Source: Octopus sinensis (lineage: Eukaryota). From it: DNA of 64,000 bases. Shown here piece after piece: positions 53,450 through 64,000 of this stretch. The notes beneath the pieces are model-generated. The model made no database searches. It was not told the origin of the DNA and worked only from the letters and a program-made list of their open reading frames with translations. The stretch is from positions 13,144,001 to 13,208,000 of the forward strand of contig NC_043004.1 of the NCBI RefSeq assembly GCF_006345805.1. The letters run 5' to 3'. Within the stretch, counting starts at the first letter, position 1, and every line of letters starts with the position of its first letter. The position numbers and the translations under genes are program-made.

Positions 53450-53956
53450 GTGGCTGCCCCCTCGTTATCGAGTATGGCCATTGCCCGAAGCTTAATCAAT
53501 GTTGTTATCGTGCAATGCCTGTGCAAGTAGATTTTTTTAAAGTGAGGAAAGGCTGTGCACTGAGTCAATCCCACTCACTAAGCAACAACAGCCATAATCC
53601 GAAAAGAAGAACAAGTCAACATCATCAGTAACCACTGAGCCGCAGTTTATGTCGGAGTTATCCCAGTTTCCTGATTTACCTTCTCCTAGAAGGATGCCCT
53701 AACAAAGGCTAGGAGTCCTTCACTCCCAATGGTTTAACCGCGAGTATTCAGTCCGATTATTTCTATGTCCCCGGGCATTTATTGGATGGCCGTTGACTCT
53801 CAAGAGTTCCTCCACCCTTTGACGGGTTTGTTTTTCATCCGGCAGGGTGTCCAATAATCACCCTCCTCACCAAGCAAGCTTGGTGGGGTTGCTGGTTTAG
53901 TCGCCAACGACCCGACCATGCAACATGTATTCATTCTTACCTTCGTTGATCCTAAC

Positions 53957-53960
<4 letters not shown>
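53450..53960 (-). mobile_element. Short RTE-related non-autonomous retroposon (5'-UTR-like part plus RTE 3' tail)
   Basis: About 40-bp tail shared with 20800-20845; 5' part GGTCGGGTCGTTGGCGACTAAACCAGCAACCCC resembles RTE 5' UTRs (inference). Confidence 0.5.
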
Positions 53961-53987
<27 letters not shown>

Positions 53988-53997
53988 CATACATACA

Positions 53998-54042
<45 letters not shown>

Positions 54043-54069
54043 TATATATTATATATATATATATATATA

Positions 54070-54610
54070 TACGAAAGAAGGTTTGAAAATGCAATTTAAA
54101 AGATATTTATTTACTTTACCGGTTTCACTCTTTGGAAAAAGATTTTCAAAAGTAACATGTAGAAGTTTGGTTGCGTTAATTATTGGTTGTTACAAATTGC
54201 TACATTACATATATACAGTCATTGGTAACAGGGACATGTTAAGGACATAAAAAAGTTCAACAGGTTCCTTAAAATATTGGGCACAAAATATTACTACATC
54301 AATAATCGTTCTCAAGGACATGCTTAAGATAGGTTTCAGAAGGAATTTATATTGGTATTGGTATTGTATCTGTATATTCAAACATGCACAGAATATTGGT
54401 TGACACAGAGTACTACAATCCATATAAATTATACATTCTTTGGTGACGAGATCATGTTGAGAATATAAAAAAGTTTAACAAGCTCATTGAAATAATGGGC
54501 ACAAAAGATTACAAGAAATATATTATACATTCTCAAGATAATTTCCAGAAGGAATTATAAAAAAAGTTCAGTATACACGTACAGAATATAACGAGTTCAA
54601 AAAGATTTAC
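54070..54610 (-). mobile_element. Penelope-like pLTR-type unit, family P2, with internal ~220-bp degenerate repeat
   Basis: Abuts (TA)n; hammerhead-like motif at 54111-54155; first 210 bp duplicated in inverted orientation at 55147-55356. Confidence 0.6.
54111..54155 (-). ncRNA. Minimal type I hammerhead-like motif with U3-A8 core
   Basis: TTACTT-TTGAAAA-TCTTTTTCCAAAGAGT-GAA-ACCGGT-A-AAGTAA: 6-bp helix I, palindromic ACCGGU helix III, GUA site. Confidence 0.55.
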
Positions 54611-55146
54611 ATTATAGTAGTAGTGAAGCTAAAACTGACCTGTCCGATATGGTAGCGTAAAAGGAGGATTAATGTGGAACTGAAAAGAATTTACCTTTTT
54701 TTTTTTGTCTCTCCTTCAAGCATCAATGATTTTGGGGTCAGGATGGGGTGAGTGTGTGTATACATACATATGTGGTGTGAACGGATGTGTCTGTGTGTCT
54801 GTAAGATCTGGTAGGATGGTGTGTCCGTTTGCCAACCGCGTGTGTGGTTGTCTTGGTGTTGTGTGTGTGTGTGTATGTATGTGTGTGGATCGCATTTGGC
54901 ATGGTGCTGCGTGTGTATATGTGTGTCTGTATGGAGGTGAGATTGGTTTGAGTGTGTGTGTCCTTGTGTGTGTGCATATACACATACAAACATGTGTTTG
55001 TGTGTGTGGGGGGGGCTGTTTTTGATTGGTTCCAGGGTGGTGTAAATAGATGTGTGTTATTTAAAGAATTTTGGGGGGTAGGATGGTGTGTGTATATGTG
55101 TGCCCGTTTGTGTGTGTATGTGTGGTTAATGTTTATTAGTGTGTTG

Positions 55147-55356
55147 CAATATTTTAAGGAACCTGTTGAACTTTTTTATGTCCTTAACATGTCCCTGTTA
55201 CCAAAGACTGTATATATGTTATGTAGCAATTTGTAACAACCAATAATTAACTCAACCAAACTTCTACATGTTACTTTTGACAATCTTTTTCCAAAGAGTG
55301 AAACCGGAAAATTAAATAAACATCTTTTAAATTGCATTTTCAAACATTCTTTCGTA
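55147..55356 (+). mobile_element. Inverted copy of the P2 terminus
   Basis: Reverse complement of 54070-54279 with about 8 substitutions. Confidence 0.9.
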
Positions 55357-55780
55357 TATAATTCCACTCGTGCGGTACCCAACAACTCCACTTTGTTATA
55401 TATATATATATTAAATCCAAATTTCGATGAACGTAAACGAACAAACGAAGTTTGCTTTACAAGAGTTGAGATGTCTGAGAAATTTAAAGAAATGATTTTA
55501 AATTTTCAAACACAGGATAGTGTTAATAATATAGCCTGAACAGGATAAGCTGTCGTTATTCTACCAATTATATACGTTTTTATTATTTTCTTGCAATTTA
55601 TCATTCACATTTTATTGTTATTTTAATTTTGATATTTCTAATATATGTAATTTTCTAGATGGTGTAATTTAATTGTTCATTTTGAATTGATAAAAGGTGG
55701 CTTTTTTCTAATTTTATATATATATATATATACATATATGTATATATGTAAGTAAGTTTATACATATATATATATATACG

Positions 55781-56348
55781 TACAAAACGAGCCCCGTCCA
55801 ATGGACGGTGCTTAGTTGTCAAACATTTAATCCAAAATCCGCACCTCCTTAATGGCCAACAATCCTCTCACAGGCATGATATCATTGCACGTGTCTTCCA
55901 TCTGAAGCTTCAAAAAATGATGGATTTGCTCAGGCACGACCAGTTGTTCAGAGTAGTTCATTGTTTTACATACAGTGTGGAATGGCAGAAGAGAGGCCTA
56001 CCGCATGCCCACATCCTTCTGTGGTTAAAGGTCAACCTTTTTTGGTCTCTTAAATATACTGCATTTTGTGGCATTATTTCATGCCAGCTGGATTATTTTT
56101 GCGCAAACTGCACGTGCAATTTTTCTTGCGTACGCGTAGTATCGACCGCAACAGCTGATGTACTTGCGCGTACAAATACTCGTTCCCATGGCTTTATCGA
56201 TAGCATTCTCACCTGGAATCGATTTTTGTTATTTTTTCAAGACTTTTACACGACATGATACCGTCGGTATCTACATATCAAATTTGAGCGCAATCGGATG
56301 GAGGATACCCGAGATCCTAGAAGACACACAGACAGACAGACAGAACGG

Positions 56349-56390
<42 letters not shown>
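55781..56390 (+). mobile_element. Non-autonomous Helitron-type element retaining a Rep (HUH) fragment
   Basis: 5' hairpin CCGTCCA-A-TGGACGG (55794-55808); GQQSSHRHDIIARVFHLKLQKMMDLL...YSVEWQKRGLPHAHILLWL (55854-56030) is Helitron Rep motif II; 3' end CAAATTTGAGCGCAATCGGATG...(GACA)n...TTTATATATA...GAT. Confidence 0.88.
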
Positions 56391-56429
<39 letters not shown>

Positions 56430-56440
56430 ATATATATTAT

Positions 56441-56627
56441 ACAATTAGAGACAAAACCACTATTATGCAAATCAAACAAAGAAAGACTTAATCCAATACA
56501 CAAATTAATTTTTATTATTTAGTAATTTAACAATTATTAATATCCACAACGATCGTTTCATGTCTTCTTTTCATCACATCTTTTAGTAGTAGACATTCTT
56601 CAGGTGGTTTCAAATATTCTTGGCGAG
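56441..56627 (-). mobile_element. Short Penelope-like unit, family P3, flanked by (TA)n
   Basis: ~190-bp block between TA runs containing a canonical hammerhead. Confidence 0.6.
56544..56607 (-). ncRNA. Type I hammerhead ribozyme (canonical core)
   Basis: CCAC-CTGAAGA-ATGTCT-(25 nt)-AGACAT-GAA-ACGATCGT-T-GTGG: all core nucleotides present, 4-bp helix I, 6-bp helix II, palindromic helix III, predicted cleavage after GUU (56548). Confidence 0.78.
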
Positions 56628-57154
56628 TATATATATATATGTATGCATGTATGCATGTATGTATGTATGCATACATATATAAGTATGTATACGTGGGCGC
56701 TAGGTTACACCTCCGTGAGTACGTATACACACACACACAAACACACACAAATATATATATACACATATATATGTTTTCTTCCATTTTAGGAAACTTAATG
56801 TCATACTTCATTTTCACTTAACTTCAATTTAAATTTTACCTTTCATCTGTTTATAAATATATATACATATGTGCATATGTATATGTATGCGTGTGTCCTA
56901 TTTTTTCTATATTTTGGCGTATATAAAAATAATTGTAATATTTCAAATTATTTCAAATATGAAAACATAAATTTGAAAGATTTTCATTTCAATTTTTATA
57001 AAAATTTTCATATAAAAAATAACTTTATTATTCAATTTATTTCTAATATTTCAAATTTCATATACATTTAATATCATTTTCAGTTAATAGTCTCTATTTT
57101 ATTTGTATTCACCATTTTTTACTTTTCTACTTTTTATTTGCCATATATATATAT

Positions 57155-57207
<53 letters not shown>

Positions 57208-57486
57208 TAATTATATGTTCAAGTTTTAGCTTCATCTTTAATTTTTATATAGTTTCACCTATTAAATTTGGAGGTTTTCAATCCTTATTACTTTGAATGT
57301 TTTATTTACAATTTTTAAATTCTATTCGTAATTTTGGAGTTTATACTCAATATTTTGACTGCTTTTCTACTTTTATTTCTTCCAGGTTCCTTCTGGAAGG
57401 TTTATTTTTAAATTTTAGGTTCTAAGTTTAAAACATCCTTTCTTTTCACTTACAGTTATAAGAAGTTGCGCACTCAATCCTATATA

Positions 57487-57884
57487 TTCTTTCTCTTTTA
57501 CTTGTTCCTACAATTTGACAACGACAATGCTGGAGCACCGCCTTTAGTCGAACAAATAGACCCCAGAACCTATTCTTTGTCACTCTAGTACTTATTCTAT
57601 CAGTCTTTTTTTGCCGAACCGCTAAGTTACGGGGACGTAAACACATCATCATTGGTTGTCTAGCGTTTGTGGTCGGAAAAACATAGACACACAAGCATAT
57701 ACATATATTTACATATATACGACAGGCTTCCTTCAGTTACCGTCTACAAAATCCACTCACAAGGCTTTGGTCGGTCCGAGGCTGTAGCAGAAGACACTTG
57801 TCCAAGGTACCACGCAGTGGGAATGAACCCGGAACGAAGTGTTTCGGAAGCAAGCTTCATACCACACAGTCATGTCTGCGCCTG
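57487..57884 (-). mobile_element. SINE family B, full-length
   Basis: Colinear with 52842-53248. Confidence 0.88.
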
Positions 57885-58259
57885 TGCTTTTTTATTTATT
57901 CATTTATAATTTTCTGATGGCCTAAAATATATTTTTCTTTTTTTTTTACTCGTTTCAGTCATTAGACTACGTCCATGCTAGGGCACCGCCTCGAAGAATT
58001 TTCAGTCGAATGTATCGAACCCAGAACTTATTTTTAAATGTTTGGTACTCATACTTTTTCTTTTGCCAAACCACTATGCTACGGAGACATAAAAACGCCA
58101 CCAACGCTTGTTAGGCGTACACAGACATGGAAGATATAAATAGACACACCTATAATCATTAAAATTTATTTAAATCTGAAATTATAGCAGCAATTTTTTT
58201 ATTAATTGTTACAATGTGAATATTTAATAATTAGTAAACATACCCTGTGCATTTTTCAA

Positions 58260-59220
58260 TGCAAGGACCCTATTATGCATGTTCTTGATCAGATGACGAA
58301 TATTATATTCTCTTGCGGAATTTATCAAGTTTCATGCAATAATCTCAAAATATTTGACTTTGAAGATAGTTTCTTGTTCTTTTCAGGAAGTGTCTTGTCC
58401 ATTATGTCCCAGAAATGTTCAATGGGTTTCATATCTGGTGTCTGGATTGGCAACGTAAGGTTTTTTAATATAATTCTCGTCCAACAAATCTTGGGTCCTT
58501 TTAGCCATATGACAAAGAAACCCATCTTCCATAAATAAAGAGCTCTCTTTAATCATTTTACCACTGGAGAAGATTGGAAAAAGTCCTTTTGGCAATGTGG
58601 GCACATATTTATCTGAGTTTTGTTTCCCTCACACTCCACCGGCTCTGAACAAGCATTGCTCCAAATTGCTCTCCACACAATCAGAGAATATCTGCCATGT
58701 TTCATTGTTGGCTGCAGTCTTATCACATCAAATTCTTGATCACAGAGTCTCCAGACCCACACTCGACTACTTTCAGGAAATACAGAAAATCTGGGCTCAT
58801 CAGAGAATATGACAGTGTTCCAAAATGATAGTGGCCTCTCCACCATCTCACTGGGCCAATCTTTTCTCCGCTTGATGTTGGTTGGTCAAAGAAGTGGCTT
58901 CTTTCTTGCTGTTCTGCCATAGTAACCGAGTTTATAGAGTTACTTGACAGCTGTTCAACTTGTTCTACAGTCAGAGGCCATGGGACGAGGACCCTTCTCT
59001 TAGCAAAGAAATGGGTGCTGTCAAAGGGCTTTAGTTGGTCTGGGAGGGGTGATGTGGACTCTTTCCCCTTTCTGGTGAATTGCACAATCACTCTAACTGT
59101 AGAAAGCTGGATCCTAATGTTTTCTGGGATTTTACACTATATCCACCTTCAGATTGACTCACAATACGGCCTCTTTGATATTCAGACAGTTCCAAAGCTT
59201 TCTTGTGTACATGGCATGTT
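58260..59220 (-). mobile_element. Degenerate Tc1-family transposase gene
   Basis: ELSEYQRGRIV, YGRTARKKPLL, WNTVIFSDEPRF, LQPTMKHG..LIVW.AI, QTPDMKPIEHFWD; frameshifted; TIRs not identified. Confidence 0.88.
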
Positions 59221-59295
59221 TAAACAGTCACATGTAGAACCTGAAACACATTAAAATGCCAACTAATAAAAATTATATAAACCTTTACAAGTCAG

Positions 59296-59527
59296 AATAA
59301 ACATGGTTATTATGGCAGAGCAGTAAGATAGAAGCCACTTCTTTGACCAGCGAACATTAAGCGGAGAAAAGACTGGTGCATTGAGATTGTGGAAATATCA
59401 CTAGCATTTTGGGATACTGTCATATTCTCTGATGAGTCCAGATTTTCTGTATTTCCTGGCAATGGTCGAGTGTGGGTCTAAAGACTCTGTGATCAAGAAT
59501 TTGGTGTGAAAAGATAGCAGCTAACAA
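59296..59527 (+). mobile_element. Second, inverted partial copy of the same Tc1 family
   Basis: YGRAVR*KPLL*PANIKRRKDW...WDTVIFSDESRFSVFPGNGRVWV; homologous to 58720-58925 on the minus strand. Confidence 0.88.
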
Positions 59528-59834
59528 CCAAAGTTAGAACAAAGAGTGCAGCCTACAATGAAAGTTAGAATAAACATCAAACGGTGTTTTACGGGTTGTC
59601 TATTTATTTCTGTTATGTCTTTGCATCTATAATATACACAGATACAAATACATACACACGCTCACACACTCACACACAGAGCATATACACATATAGAAGA
59701 TGGACTTCTTTCATTTTCTCGCTACCATATCCACTCACAAAGATTTGGTGGGCCCGATGTGCATGGTGGTAGGACCGAACCCCGAACCATCTGGTTGGCA
59801 GCAAGCTTATTACAACAGAGCCCCACCTGTATAC

Positions 59835-59866
<32 letters not shown>

Positions 59867-60711
59867 CGAAAGAGAATGATAGATAGATAAAATTAGATAG
59901 ATGGATAGATAGATAGTTCGTTGTATTTTATTATTTTATATATATATCATACCCTATTTTTATCAGTGCTTATATATAGTTAGTAATGAGGAGTTCTTTA
60001 GGCAGTGAGAGAGGACAAAAACATGTCCCTACTACTGTCTAAAGGAGTTGTGATAACTAATTATATATAAATGCTTCATCCAAATTTAATTCTCTATTAT
60101 TTGATTTTCTCTGTGTGATGAATGGTTAAAAAGAGATATCTTACAGGTTTTCCACAACATGCGCAAATTGTAACTACTATTAGCAAATGAAACACATATT
60201 ATGGTAAATAAATAAGACCCGAAAATTTTCAGTTTCCTGTTTTGATATTGTTTTCCAGTATTTTCAACTGTTTACGCATATCTCACACAGATATAAAATC
60301 TACATACGTATTTGAAATACTGGAATAAGCTTGGAATTTACTGCATCTACGTTATATATGAGTATTTTTACCCACCCGTTATTTGTGGACCATCACCAGG
60401 GCTGATAAAATGAGTATGACTTGAAAATAAGTACTGGAGTCGATTGGTCAGACAAAAATTCCTCAAGACGGCACTGCAGCATGACCGCTGTCTAATGACT
60501 GAAAGGAGTTGAAGAATAAAACACTAAGATATATATATATATATATATAATGTAAGTACATTTAGCGGTTGGAGTGACTGTCTAAGGGATAAACATATCT
60601 GTTATTAGTACAGGTGTAAATTACCTATGTTAACTCTGGGTATGCAAGAATACTATGCGCATAGGATACAAGTAATAACAGAATAAACGAGAGTTTATCA
60701 AAAATCAAAAT

Positions 60712-61010
60712 TAAAATGAGCAAAAATGGAGAAAGCTTTTGATCAACAAACAAACTGACTACCATTGGTCAAATATTTTTTAATACGAATCTTGAACATT
60801 GCTTAGAGCCCTTTCTACTGCCAATGTAATATTCTCATAATTTCTGCTGTCAGTGCCATATTCTCATAATTATATTTAGCGGCACCGACTGACATTGGCG
60901 GCAGAAACGGCTGTAAGCAATGTTCAAGCTTTGCATTAAAAAGAAATTTAACCGATTGTAGTCGATTTGCTTGTTGATCAAATGTTTTCTCAATTTTCTG
61001 ATCATGTTTT
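60712..61010. mobile_element. Fold-back MITE-like element with ~115-bp imperfect TIRs
   Basis: 60712-60827 is the reverse complement of 60892-61010 (e.g. TTTGATCAACAA and CTTGAACATTGCTTA), with a ~65-bp core. Confidence 0.75.
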
Positions 61011-61321
61011 ATATATATATATATATATCAATAATTGAAAAACGAAAAGGAATACGGTTTGACATTTATTTTTCAATCACTACTACTGATTCTGCGCAGC
61101 GTAGTTCTCCAGATTTGCAGGTGTTTGATTAAGCAACCTTTTCCGTGCATTATAGGATCAATTATATATTCACACACGAGAGATACCCGAACACAAATTT
61201 GGAAATACGTATAATATTACTACTGGAGAGCACAGGGTGAAATGAGTACGTGGACGAGCTTTATATTGTACTCTGCTACAACGTTCTTAACAGAATATAC
61301 TACAACTATTAGTATATATAT

Positions 61322-61379
<58 letters not shown>

Positions 61380-61396
61380 TATATATATATATATAT

Positions 61397-61575
61397 AGTG
61401 AGAATTTACAAAGAAAGCAAAAGACGAAAACGGGTGTGTAAACAGCAAACAGATGTATTAATTTAACGCTCGGGAACTAAGAATGTGTTTTAAATTTCGA
61501 GCCTACGCTCTTCGATAGAAAGGAACACAGAAATAAACTGGGAGAGACAATAGTAAAAGGTTTATTGGCTAGGTT
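61397..61575 (-). mobile_element. P1 Penelope-like unit between (TA)n runs
   Basis: Minus strand CTTT-CTATCGA-A-GAGC-GTAG-GCTC-GAAATTTA at ~61490-61522. Confidence 0.7.
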
Positions 61576-61876
61576 TAGTATATATATATATATATATACC
61601 TACATACTGAGATATATAAATGCTTAAATGAGAATCTGTTATAAACTGGGATTTCCAGACAGAGAATCTGACCGGCTGATTTGTACATTACAAGTGCAAT
61701 CTGTGAGTGGAACATTAAAAATCTGCAAGCCTTTTCGCAAGTTCCAAATGTGAATTTGTCTGTGTGAACTACTTGCCGATGGTGGAGCTTTGTATCTTTA
61801 TTAGAAATCGGCTCCCTCCTCAGTGGAAAATATGTAATAATTAAAAAATAAAAGAGACATACATATAAATATATAT

Positions 61877-61931
<55 letters not shown>

Positions 61932-63834
61932 GTACATACACTCACACAAGCACACACGTATAGACACGTATGCAGTTTAATACCGTGTCTAATGACGGTT
62001 ATCTCTGCTTATGTTGGGTTATACATAGAGAATTTAAAACACACTATATCATCATCTTGAATAATCGCATTATTTGAAATATTAGATAAATAATAACACA
62101 ACAAAATCATTTGTATAAGTAGCTGAAAAAACAACGACAACTTGTAAATCAACTATAGGAAAAACAACGCTAACAACAGCAACAATAACGACTGCCAGTG
62201 CTAACATTGTTTGCCAAAGAAGAAATATAAGCAATCTCATTTAATCTCGTTTCTATCTTCCCACATCAATGTCTTCATAATTCTCGCCATCTTAATCTTT
62301 CTCTGGCTCTTCTTTCTCTCTTTCGTTGTCTTTGCCACTCCTTTTTTCTTTCTGGCCCTCCTCCTTTCTCTCTGTATATGTGTGTAGGCACATACATACA
62401 TACATACATACATACATGCATATTTACATACATACATATATACATACATACACACATACACATGCACACACGTATAAATGTGCGAGTGTGTTTATAGATA
62501 TATAAATGTATATTCCTACACATATATATGTTAGTATTTATATATATACACATACACATACATATAAATGTTACTATTTATATATGTATATGAATATATA
62601 TATATGTGTGTGTACAAAAAGACATACATATTTACATATGTACACATAAATATATATATACATACATACATACATATACATATACATATATATATATATA
62701 ATATATTATATATATATATAAATGGATGCACACATACACATATATACACACATAACATTCTTTACTACATCATTTTAATTTCTCCCTGCTTTACTTTTCT
62801 TTACTCTTCTTCATACGACCACGAAACTATTTCCTTTACTCTCACTTCACTCTTTAATATGATGTATGGTTTTTTTTTTTTAATCATCACATTCTCTGTT
62901 TATGTCTTCCATTTTAAACTTCGGTTTTCTTACACTTACATCTTCATTATTTCTCTTTTTCTATCTCTCTTACCATTCATTCGTACATTTTCTCCCTGCT
63001 TCATCCCTTCTTCCTCTCTCACTTGCTGCTTGTCCAAAACCTGCCCTTCAGCTATCTGACTGATTTTAATACGTCCTCCATGGCACGCTTCCAAATTAAT
63101 CTCTTTCGGAAAGAAGTTTGTTTCCAAGAAAAACAATATCACGGCCAAAAATGAGTGTGGATTTTATTCCAATTAATCAGAATAGTGCGGATTAGTTTTC
63201 TCAGAATGTACCCGCCATGGGGGATATCTAGCGTGTTGTCTCTGAGGAAGATATATTTTAATTTTTCGAATAAGCATCGTATCGACTTCTCTAAGAAAAC
63301 ATATAGAAACATATAATATAACCGCAAGCAATGTAGCTATAATTTCGATAAAGAATTCTAAGTAATTTAGCGTAGTAATTCCAAATCAAAAATTCGGGAA
63401 ATTGAATGTGGCAATACGGTACTGTTTAGATTCAAACCTCAATATAATGGCATGAATAGTGGAGTTCATGCCCAACAATGACTTGAACACCTTAATTTTA
63501 AGTCGCATTGTTCCGTCTGATATAGGATGCGTTAGTAAGCTATCGACCAATCTAACTATACAATGGAATTCCTTGTTTTGAGTATCTTATCTCTTTCTTT
63601 TTAGATTACACTACAGTAATACTTCTTCTTCCAACATTTACGCCATTCGTATTATTATTTTAGGTGCAAGATGTATTCGAAAAGTGATTTTACAGGTTTA
63701 ATGAACAGCTCAAATTACAATATATATGAACATTCATGCATTCCATAAAAATCAACGTTGAATTTATATAAAGCGTTATATAGAAACATACTGAACAATC
63801 AAATCATTACACAGCTATCATCTTTCTGGTATTA

Positions 63835-64000
63835 TACTTGGAGCGTCGATCACAGAAGACGTAAAACGCATGAAGGAGATCAAATGACGAATAGTGCTGG
63901 CAAAATCTGCATTCTCAAAATTGTATAACATATTGTAAAACAGTACTCTGAGCACCAAGACCAAGATTTGTATACTGAACTGCAATGCGTACCCTATATT
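63835..64000 (+). mobile_element. RTE-like LINE RT/thumb fragment running off the window end
   Basis: YLGASITED..KEIK*RIVLAKSAFSKL..IL*NSTLSTKTKICILNC. Confidence 0.7.

Overview
AT-rich eukaryotic non-coding DNA, very dense in microsatellites and decayed mobile elements. The SINE/MITE/microsatellite landscape resembles a coleoid cephalopod (Octopus-like) genome; this host assignment is inference from repeat recognition only. No host protein-coding exon, rRNA or genuine tRNA gene could be recognised, and nearly all listed ORFs are translated microsatellites. Supported content: several tRNA-headed SINE families; Tc1/mariner elements (one with ~160-bp TIRs and an apparent GT-AG intron, a DD41D fragment, a mariner deletion derivative, MITEs); Helitron-type elements (one with a Rep HUH motif); LINE fragments (CR1-like RT, Tx1/L1 CCHC, RTE with three C2H2 fingers, possible Dong/R4); Penelope-like fragments (GIY-YIG); and a 100-N gap flanked by a ~0.95-kb duplication. 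The most notable signal is a set of short (~190-bp) units sitting in (TA)n tracts that carry minimal type I hammerhead-ribozyme motifs in three families: one fully canonical at 56544-56607, one with a U3-A8 covariant core, and one six-copy family with an atypical core. Also notable are a CpG-rich 24-bp minisatellite with an exact 167-bp higher-order repeat and a perfect 40-bp palindrome.
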